A stretch of 30,531 nt of DNA from Polyangiales bacterium. GTDB taxonomy: Bacteria; Myxococcota_A; Polyangia; Polyangiales; Polyangiaceae. Position 1 is the stretch's first letter. Each line of letters starts with the position of its first letter. Positions 1-7,072 of the stretch are shown here, in pieces. The position numbers and the translations under genes are program-made. The DNA lies in contig JBBRNJ010000097.1 in NCBI GenBank assembly GCA_038230375.1, forward strand, positions 1 to 30,531, read 5' to 3'. Under the pieces are notes generated by a model that was not told where the DNA came from, searched no databases, and saw only the letters and a program-made list of their open reading frames with translations.

Positions 1-1
1 C

Positions 2-172
2 GCTGGCGACTGCAAGCAGTACGACGACAAGCAGACGACTGATTGCGGCGGCGCGACGACCCTCAAGGCGGTCTTCGGCAAGTGCTTCGACGCCAAGGGC
101 TCGGACACCCCCGGCATCAAGCTCCTCTGCGGCGGCGCCGCCTCCGCGGCCGACGCTGGCGACGGCGGCTGA
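2..172 (+). CDS. 3' end of an upstream CDS (Cys/Gly-rich secreted-protein tail; 5' part lies outside the window)
   Basis: Frame 2 is open from the window edge to TGA at 170-172 (AGDCKQYDDKQTTDCGGATTLKAVFGKCFDAKGSDTPGIKLLCGGAASAADAGDGG*). Third codon positions are almost all G/C, as in neighbouring genes. Too short to appear in the ORF track. Confidence 0.45.
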   Translation, partial: AGDCKQYDDKQTTDCGGATTLKAVFGKCFDAKGSDTPGIKLLCGGAASAADAGDGG

Positions 173-379
173 GCAGCGCACCTGCGCAGCGCACCTGAAG
201 AGGGCAGACGGTGTGGGGGCAACGGCGAGGTGGGGTAGGGGGGTATGGTGTCGCCATGTCGCCGGTGTGGGCGGCGCGCGCGTTTAAAAAATGTTGCCGA
301 GGGAGCCCTTGCAACTGGAAGGCGAAACCGCGACCATCAATCATTCCGCTTTTCTGCGGAGAAAGAGAAAGCCCCCCGC

Positions 380-2790
380 ATGAGAAGCGCACTGTCGCGT
401 GTCGCCTGGGTCGTCGTCTCCGCTGCCATTGTCGCCGCGTGCTCCTCCTCCAACGAGGAGATCGGCGGTGGTGGTTCCGACGACGCTGGGACCGATGACA
501 GCGGCAACGTCGTCCATGACAGCGGTGGCACCACGGGCAAGGACAGCGGCACGAAGGCCGACTCAGGCACAGCGAAGGACGCCGGGCACGACAGCGGCGC
601 AGACTCGGGCCCCTCCATCGCCACCTGCAGCGACAAGATCAAGAACGGCGACGAGACGGACGTGGACTGCGGCGGCACCTGCGCCCAGAAGTGTGCCCTC
701 ACGAAGGGCTGCAAGGGCGTGGCTGATTGCGTCGCGGGTGCAGCGTGCCTGATGGGCGTCTGCGCCGCGCAGTCCTGCATGGACGGGATGATGAACGGCA
801 CCGAGACCGCGGTGGACTGCGGCGGCGCCTCCTGCCCCGCGTGGCCGACGGCCTTGCGTGCAATGTCCCGGCTGACTGTCAGAGCAAGGACTGCGTCGGC
901 GCCGCGTGCGCGCCCGCGACCAACGTGGACGGCATCCAGAACGAAGGCGAGACCGACATCGACTGCGGCGGTCCCAACGCGCCGCCGTGCGCGGACGGTT
1001 TGAAGTGCGTGAACGGCGCCGACTGCGTGGACCAGATCTGCGACGCCGTGAAGAAGACGTGCACCGCGCCGTCTTGCATGGACGGTGTGCTCAACGGCGC
1101 CGAGAGCGCGATCGACTGCGGCGGCCCCACGTGCCTTGCGTGTGGCAATGGCAAGACGTGCAACGCCGCCGGCGACTGCACGAGCGGCGTCTGCAACGTC
1201 ACCTGCCAGGCCCCGACGTGCATGGACGGCGTTCAGAACCAGGACGAGACCGACGCGGACTGCGGCGGCGCCATCTGCGGCAAGTGCGCCGACAACCAGA
1301 AGTGCAAGGTCGGTGCAGACTGCATCGATGGCGCATGCGGCGGCGGCCTCTGCACCGCTCCCACGTGCACCGACGGCTCCATGAACGGGCAGGAGACGGC
1401 GACCGACTGCGGCGGTCCCGCATGCCCTCGCTGCGACAAGGGTCAGGCGTGCCTGGTCGACTCCGACTGCGCATACAACATCTGCGGCGCGGGCAACGTG
1501 TGCAACGGCGCCGTCAGCTGCAGCGGCGGCGGCAACGGCCGCGCGACCTGCGGCCCCGCTGGCAACGACGACTGCTGCTCCACGCTTCCCGTTCCGGGCG
1601 GCGCGGTCGGCGCATGGAGTGTTTCGCCCTACCGCCTCGACAAGTACGAGATCACGGTCGGTCGCATGCGTCAGTTCCTCAGCTCCAAGGGGTGGAACCT
1701 GCGCGGCAGTCCCCCGGCGGCCGGCGCGGGCGCGCACGCGAAGATCGCGAACAGCGGCTGGGTCAGCACCTGGAACGACCGCCTCCCCGCGGGCGCGTCT
1801 GCTGCCCTCGCGCAAACGAACGTGAACCAGCGCTCTGGCGTCTACAACGGCAATGCGGCGCAGGACAGCGGCCTCTCGGACTGCTTCGGCGGCGAGGACG
1901 CGGCCACATGGAGCAACGCCGCGAGCGCGAACGATCAGAAGGCGGCCAACTGCTTCGACTGGTACACGCTCTTCGCGTTCTGCGAGTGGGACGGCGGCTA
2001 CCTCCCCACGGAGCACGAGTGGCAGTACGCCGCACAGGGCGGCAGCGACAACCGTACGTTCGCGTACGGCTCCGCGCCGGCGCTGCCGAAGGCGACCGAC
2101 TGGCTCCCGCGCTGCGGCAACGCGGGCGACGGAGTCTGCCAGGATCCGAACGTGTACGTGGGTCAGGCGTACACGAACAACAACGGCTTCCCCGCCGCGC
2201 AGACCAAGGATGCCGTCTACCCGACGTTCCTGCAGGCGCCGGGGCTCTACGTGGTCCACGGCTTCTGCACGAACGGAGGCAATCGCGCCTGCTTCAGCTA
2301 CTCGGGCGCAAACGCAAACGCTGGCCAGGGCGCGGTCAACGCCGCGCACGTCGCGCCGCCGGGCACGAAGCTCGACATCGCGAAGTGGGGTCAGTACGAC
2401 ATGAGCGGCAACTTGATCGAGTGGACGCTCGACAACTCCGTCAACATCAACGCCGGCACCGGCCGTCAGCAGGTGGAGCCCGCGTGCACTGGCGCCGACT
2501 GCGCGAACGTCGACTGGGTCGACTACCACGCAGCCAACATCGACCCGAACGGCACCGCGATCGTCGGTGACACCAGCATCCCCGCGCACCCCTCCTACTG
2601 GCGCAACTGGAACTACGCCAACGGCTCCGCGCAGGATCTCCAGGCGTCCTTCCAGCAAGACGGCGGCCGCGTCATGCGCGGCGGCTCGTGGGAGATCGCG
2701 CACCCGGTGAACGTGTCGAACCGCTACGGAAACTACCCCATCTTCCGGAACTACTACGCAGCAGGCGCCCGCTGCGCACGACCGTACTGA
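380..2790 (+). CDS. Secreted lipoprotein with six tandem Cys-rich modules and a C-terminal FGE/SUMF1-type (formylglycine-generating-enzyme-like) domain; frame interrupted by an apparent 1-nt deletion near nt 843
   Basis: ATG at 380 is preceded by GGAGAAAGAG. Signal peptide plus lipobox: MRSALSRVAWVVVSAAIVAAC. Six ~48-aa modules follow the pattern C-x-DG-x-x-NG-x-ET-x-x-DCGG..C..C..G..C....DC. The C-terminal ~400 aa carry FGE-sulfatase-type motifs (YRLDKYEITVGRMRQF, FCEWDGGYLPTEHEWQYAAQGG, MSGNLIEWT, RGGSW, GARCARP). The N-terminal part lies in ORF 245..1003 (frame 2) and the rest in ORF 727..2790 (frame 1). Confidence 0.75.
626..1515 (+). repeat. Six tandem ~144-bp coding modules (Cys-rich, ~48 aa each) inside the lipoprotein gene
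   Basis: Module starts read from the translation: CSDKIKNGDETDVDCGG, CMDGMMNGTETAVDCGG, VDGIQNEGETDIDCGG, CMDGVLNGAESAIDCGG, CMDGVQNQDETDADCGG, CTDGSMNGQETATDCGG. Each is followed by C-x2-C ... DC ... C. Confidence 0.85.
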
Positions 2791-2791
2791 G

Positions 2792-2845
2792 GTCGATGTC
2801 GATGTCGAAGTCGAAGTCGAAGTCGAAGTCGAAGTCGATGTCGTG
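2792..2845. repeat. Intergenic hexanucleotide microsatellite (GTCGAW)x9
   Basis: gtcgat gtcgat gtcgaa gtcgaa gtcgaa gtcgaa gtcgaa gtcgat gtcgtg. It begins 2 nt after the TGA of the lipoprotein gene and ends 15 nt before the ATG at 2861. Confidence 0.95.
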
Positions 2846-2860
2846 TAGCTTGCTCGGTCG

Positions 2861-3976
2861 ATGACCTCGCCCGTCTCTGAGCACGATCCCGACATTGGGT
2901 TATTCACCGTTCTTCGTGAGGATGGCTCCGCTGATCCAGCGACCGATCCTCACGTGCCCGACGCGGTGCTCTTGCGTGGCTATCGCGAGATGCGGCGCCT
3001 TCGCATGATCGACGCAAAGATGATCGTGCTCCAGCGACAGGGCCGTGTTGGCTTCTACGGCGCGTGCACGGGCCAGGAGGCAACGCCCATCGCCACGGGC
3101 CTCGTCGCCAGCGAAGGGGACTGGGTGTATCCCGCTCTCCGCGAGCAGAGCGTCATGCTCGTGCGTGGGTTCCCGCTCGACGCGTTCATTGCGCAGGTCT
3201 TCGGCAACTCGGGCGACGTGCTGAAGGGCCGCCAGATGCCGAGCCACCACTCCGGTCGCTCGGTGAACCAGGTGAGCTGGTCGTCGTGCATCGGGCCGCA
3301 GATCCCGCAGGCTGTCGGCACTGCGTTCGCCATGAAGAAGGCGAAGAGCGGCAACGTGTCGTTCGGCTTCATGGGCGATGGCGCGACGAGCCAGCCGGAT
3401 TTCCACGCTGCGATGAACTTCGCGGGCGTGTGGAAGGTGCCGTGCATACTGGTCTGCCAGAACAACCACTGGTCCATCTCCGTGCCCACGGAGAAGCAGA
3501 CCGCGTCGCGCACGATCGCGATCAAGGCGCGCGCGTACGGGCTGCCCGGCGTTCGCGTTGACGGGAACGATTTGCTTGCACTCTACAAGGTTCTCTCCGA
3601 CGCCAAGGAGCGCGCAAGGAGCGGGGGCGGCGCTACCTTCGTGGAGGCGCTCACCTACCGCATCGGCGCTCACTCCACGAGCGACGATCCCACGCGCTAC
3701 CGCTCCGAGGCGGAGGTCACCGCGTGGAAGAAGAAGGACCCGCTCGACCGCCTTCGCAAGCACCTCGTGCTCCGCGGCCTTGCCAGCGACACCGGGGACG
3801 TTGCGATGGACGAAGAGCTCTCTGCCGAGGTCGCGGCCTCCATCAAGCGGGTAGAGGCGCTGCCGCCGCCCGACCGCGCCTCCCTGTTCGACGACGTCTA
3901 CGCGACCCTCCCGTGGCACCTGCGCGAGCAGCGTGATGCGCTCCTCCGCGGCCCATCCCCGGTCCCGCACGGCTGA
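2861..3976 (+). CDS. Thiamine-diphosphate-dependent 2-oxoacid dehydrogenase E1 component, alpha subunit (PDH/BCKDH type)
   Basis: 371-aa ORF with motifs FYGACTGQEA, YPALREQ, GRQMPSHH, GPQIPQAVG, the TPP-binding GDGATSQPDFHAAMNFAGVWKVPCILVCQNNHWSISVP, and YRIGAHSTSDDP. High GC3. Confidence 0.85.
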   Translation: MTSPVSEHDPDIGLFTVLREDGSADPATDPHVPDAVLLRGYREMRRLRMIDAKMIVLQRQGRVGFYGACTGQEATPIATGLVASEGDWVYPALREQSVMLVRGFPLDAFIAQVFGNSGDVLKGRQMPSHHSGRSVNQVSWSSCIGPQIPQAVGTAFAMKKAKSGNVSFGFMGDGATSQPDFHAAMNFAGVWKVPCILVCQNNHWSISVPTEKQTASRTIAIKARAYGLPGVRVDGNDLLALYKVLSDAKERARSGGGATFVEALTYRIGAHSTSDDPTRYRSEAEVTAWKKKDPLDRLRKHLVLRGLASDTGDVAMDEELSAEVAASIKRVEALPPPDRASLFDDVYATLPWHLREQRDALLRGPSPVPHG

Positions 3977-4017
3977 AACGGCGTGACAGACGCAGCGACC
4001 GGCCCTAGATCGTTGTC

Positions 4018-5424
4018 ATGGCAACGACCTACGACGCGGTTGTGATTGGCGGTGGCCCCGGCGGATACGTGTGCTCGATTCGCCTCGCGCAGCTCAAGCA
4101 GAAGGTCTTGTGCGTGGAGAAGGACGAGGTCGGCGGCGTGTGCCTGAACTGGGGCTGCGTTCCGTCGAAGGCGCTCATCGCCGCGAGCCACACCTACGAG
4201 AAGGCCAAGGACGGCGCGTCCATGGGCCTCATCTGCGACAACGTCCGCGTCGACGTGAACAAGATGCAGGACTGGAAGGGCGGCATCGTCAAGAAGCTCA
4301 CCACCGGCATCCGCGGTCTCTTCCGTGGCAACGGCGTCGAGCTCGTGATGGGCAACGCGAAGATCACCGGCAAGAACCAGGTCACGATCACCACGAGCGA
4401 AGGCGGCACCCAGGTCGTGGACGCGAAGAACATCGTCGTCGCCACCGGCTCGTCGACGATCGAGATCCCGACGTTCAAGTTCGACGGCAAGAAGATCATC
4501 GGCGCGAAGGAGGCGGTCAGCCTGCGTGAGATCCCGAAGCGCATGCTGGTCATCGGCGGCGGCGTCATCGGCCTCGAGCTCGGATGCGTCTACCAGAAGC
4601 TCGGCTCCGAGATCACCGTGGTCGAGGCAACCGCAAGCCTGCTTCCCGGCGTGGACCCAGATCTCACGGCGGTGGTCGAGAAGCGACTCGTGAAGCACGG
4701 CGCGAAGATCATGAAGAGCGCCAAGGCCGCCGGCTACGAGACGCAGGGCGACGGCTCGCTCGCCGTGCGCGTGGACCTTGGCGACGGGAAGTTCGAGACC
4801 GTCGTGACCGATATGGTCCTGGTCGCCGTGGGCATGCGCCCGAATGGCGCGGGTCTGGGCCTCGAGGAGCTGGGCGTCAAGGTCGAGCGCGGGTTCATCC
4901 CGTCCGATCAGCTGGGTCGCACCGCGGTGCCGAACATCTACGCGATCGGTGACGTGTCGGGTCAGCCCATGCTCGCGCACAAGGCCAGCAAGGAGGGCGA
5001 GGTCGTCGCCGAGATCATCGCCGGTCACAAGGCCGCGAAGGACTGGGTCGCGATCCCCGCTGCGATCTTCACCGACCCGGAGATCGCGGTCGCCGGCGTG
5101 TCCGAGGAAGAGGCGAAGAAGAAGGGCCTGGACGTGAAGATCGGGAAATTCCCCTTTGCCGCGCTCGGTCGCGCGATGGCCGTGAACGAGACCGACGGCT
5201 TCTTCAAGATCGTCTCCGACAAGGCCACGCACCAGGTCCTGGGCATCCACATCGTCGGCCCCTCCGCGAGCGATCTCATCAGCGAAGGCGCGCTGGCCCT
5301 GGAGATGCACGCCTTCCTCGAGGACATCGGCCTCACGATTCACCCGCACCCGACGCTGGGCGAAGGCATGATGGAAGCCTCGATGAACGGCCTGGGCCAC
5401 GCCGTCCACATCCTGAACAGGTAG
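4018..5424 (+). CDS. lpdA: Dihydrolipoyl dehydrogenase (E3)
   Basis: FAD-binding VVIGGGPGGY, redox-active disulfide CLNWGCVPSK, NAD-binding VIGGGVIGLE, and C-terminal interface HPHPTLGE. 468 aa. Confidence 0.95.
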   Translation: MATTYDAVVIGGGPGGYVCSIRLAQLKQKVLCVEKDEVGGVCLNWGCVPSKALIAASHTYEKAKDGASMGLICDNVRVDVNKMQDWKGGIVKKLTTGIRGLFRGNGVELVMGNAKITGKNQVTITTSEGGTQVVDAKNIVVATGSSTIEIPTFKFDGKKIIGAKEAVSLREIPKRMLVIGGGVIGLELGCVYQKLGSEITVVEATASLLPGVDPDLTAVVEKRLVKHGAKIMKSAKAAGYETQGDGSLAVRVDLGDGKFETVVTDMVLVAVGMRPNGAGLGLEELGVKVERGFIPSDQLGRTAVPNIYAIGDVSGQPMLAHKASKEGEVVAEIIAGHKAAKDWVAIPAAIFTDPEIAVAGVSEEEAKKKGLDVKIGKFPFAALGRAMAVNETDGFFKIVSDKATHQVLGIHIVGPSASDLISEGALALEMHAFLEDIGLTIHPHPTLGEGMMEASMNGLGHAVHILNR

Positions 5425-5462
5425 CGTGCAGGGGCACGCAACGGCGCTCCAGCCGATGCTGT

Positions 5463-6086
5463 TTACGGGTAGGACATGCCGTTGTCGACGGTCTCTCCGA
5501 TGCGCATGAGCATGGGACCGCGGCTGCCGAACTCGAAGCTCGTGAGCGAGGCCGTGGGGCACGCTACGCGATCGCGGAACCTTCCAATGTGCAGGCCGAG
5601 CAGCGCGCACGTGATCACGCGGATGGTCGCCTTGTGCGAGACCAGCATGATGTTGCCCTTGTGAGCTTCGAGCACGCGCTCCACCACAGGCATGGCACGC
5701 GCGGCGATCGCGTAGCCACTCTCACCGCCGGGCGGCCCATGGATCGCGGGGTCGTGAACCCAGCGCTGGTAGTTGTCCGCGTCGCCGGTCTTGATCTCGG
5801 TCTCCTTGCGGCCGTCCCACGTGCCGTACTGGATCTCGCGCAGGTCGCGCTCCACCTGCGGCGTGAGCTTCGTGAGCTTCGCAAGCGGCGCGGCCGTGTG
5901 CTGCGCGCGCTGCAGGGGGCTCACGTAGATGGCCTCGAGGTCGAGCTTCATCAGCAGCGGCGCCGCGCGCTCCGCCTGGGCGTACCCCTCGGGCGAGAGG
6001 TCCGTGTCGATCTCTCCGCAGAACGTGCCGTCCGCGGACAACATTGTCTCGCCGTGCCTCAGCATGTGCAGGAATCGAGAGCCCAT
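5463..6086 (-). CDS. Histidine phosphatase family protein (phosphoglycerate-mutase-like)
   Basis: N-terminal catalytic RHGET (FLHMLRHGET), LSPEGYAQA, and a C-terminal VSHKATIRV histidine motif. 207 aa. Confidence 0.8.
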   Translation of the reverse strand: MGSRFLHMLRHGETMLSADGTFCGEIDTDLSPEGYAQAERAAPLLMKLDLEAIYVSPLQRAQHTAAPLAKLTKLTPQVERDLREIQYGTWDGRKETEIKTGDADNYQRWVHDPAIHGPPGGESGYAIAARAMPVVERVLEAHKGNIMLVSHKATIRVITCALLGLHIGRFRDRVACPTASLTSFEFGSRGPMLMRIGETVDNGMSYP

Positions 6087-6087
6087 A

Positions 6088-6267
6088 TCAGCGCCTTCCT
6101 TTGAAGCCCATCATGCCCTGCACGACGGACTCGCTCTCTTCGGCGATCTCGGCCTGCTCTCGCACGCGATCCGCGCAGTCCTCGCACATCTTCTTGGCCT
6201 TGCCCTCCACCTTGATGGAGACGAGCTTGTCGACCTCGTTTTCGCACTCTTTGCAGACGAACGACAT
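6088..6267 (-). CDS. Small (59 aa) CxxC...CxxC zinc-ribbon-like protein, not in the ORF track
   Basis: Hand translation of the minus strand gives MSFVCKECENEVDKLVSIKVEGKAKKMCEDCADRVREQAEIAEESESVVQGMMGFKGRR*. ATG occupies 6267-6265 with GGGAGGG 7 nt upstream. Codons are strongly GC3-biased. The stop TGA (6090-6088) lies 1 nt from the start of the histidine phosphatase gene. Confidence 0.6.
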   Translation of the reverse strand: MSFVCKECENEVDKLVSIKVEGKAKKMCEDCADRVREQAEIAEESESVVQGMMGFKGRR

Positions 6268-6351
6268 GATGCGGCCCTCCCTGGAGCACCCATCATAGCT
6301 CTGTTTTTTCCCCGTCCGTCGCGTATGATCGAAGCCACAGAGGAGCGCAGA

Positions 6352-7062
6352 ATGGGCATCTTCGACCGCATGGGCAAGGTCATCTCGAGCAACGTCAACT
6401 CACTGCTCGACAAGGCAGAGGACGACAAGAAGCTCGTCGAGCTCAATCTCGAGGAGATGGGCGAGCAGCTGAAGAGCGGCAAGGGGGACGTCATCTCCGC
6501 GATCGCCGCCGAGAAGCAGCTCAAGAAGAAGGTCGACGAGCTGAACTCCGAGGTCGAGAAGTGGGACAAGCGCGCCGAGCTCGCCCTGAAGAGCGGCGAC
6601 GAGGCCCTGGCCCGCGAGGCGCTCAAGCAGAAGAAGCGCACCCAGGCCGAGGCGGAGCAGGCCGACAAAGCCCGCGCCGACCAGCGCGACATCGCGCTCA
6701 AGATGAAGTCCGAGCTCGATCGCATGGAAGAGAAGCTCGAAGAGCTCAAGATGCGCAAGGGCAGCATCGTCTCGCGCGCCGAGCAGGCCCGCCGCGGCTC
6801 CACCACGGACAGCCTTGGTTCGAAGGGCGGCTCGAGCGCCTTCTCCAACTTCAAGGACATGGAGGAGAAGATCGAAGGGCGCGAGGCCGAGGGCGTTGCG
6901 ATGGAAGAGGTCGAGGAGGCGCTCGGCAAGGGTCGCTCGAACGAGGATCTCGAGTCGAAGTTCCGCGATCTCGAGCGCAGCACGGGCGGCGGCAAAGAGG
7001 GGGGCGAGAAGAACGACATCGACGACGAGCTCGCCGCGCTGAAGAAGCGCATCCGCGTCTGA
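6352..7062 (+). CDS. pspA: PspA/IM30 family protein (phage shock protein A-like)
   Basis: MGIFDRMGKVISSNVNSLLDKAEDDKKLVELNLEEM... is a typical PspA N-terminus followed by a long coiled coil. ATG at 6352 is preceded by GAGGAG. The upstream part of ORF 5929..7062 is antisense to other genes. Confidence 0.85.
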   Translation: MGIFDRMGKVISSNVNSLLDKAEDDKKLVELNLEEMGEQLKSGKGDVISAIAAEKQLKKKVDELNSEVEKWDKRAELALKSGDEALAREALKQKKRTQAEAEQADKARADQRDIALKMKSELDRMEEKLEELKMRKGSIVSRAEQARRGSTTDSLGSKGGSSAFSNFKDMEEKIEGREAEGVAMEEVEEALGKGRSNEDLESKFRDLERSTGGGKEGGEKNDIDDELAALKKRIRV

Positions 7063-7072
7063 GCCGAAGCGA

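Noticed and set aside
245-379. Upstream extension of the lipoprotein ORF from the start at 245
   Set aside because: The extension (MVSPCRRCGRRARLKNVAEG...) precedes a canonical signal peptide that begins at the ATG at 380, which has its own purine-rich ribosome-binding site.
2600-2790. The FGE/C-type-lectin-fold C-terminus (RGGSWEIAHPVNVSNRYGNYPIFRNYYAAGARCARPY) as the variable repeat of a diversity-generating retroelement
   Set aside because: No reverse transcriptase gene and no template-repeat copy of this ~120-bp segment occur anywhere in the window. Asn/Tyr richness alone is also common in non-DGR FGE domains.
337-2907. 856-aa ORF on the minus strand, the longest in this region
   Set aside because: It is antisense to the motif-rich lipoprotein/FGE gene. 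The product is Arg/Ala/Val/Gly-rich low-complexity sequence with no recognisable motifs. This is a typical shadow ORF of high-GC DNA.
5424-5439. Hairpin gcgtgc-aggg-gcacgc between the convergent lpdA and histidine-phosphatase genes, as a bidirectional terminator
   Set aside because: It has a perfect 6-bp stem but no U-tract on either strand, so it is not a classical intrinsic terminator. It may still stabilise the 3' ends.
3898-5610. 570-aa minus-strand ORF covering lpdA
   Set aside because: The plus strand encodes an unmistakable dihydrolipoyl dehydrogenase (CLNWGCVPSK). The antisense product is R/A/D/L-rich with no motifs.
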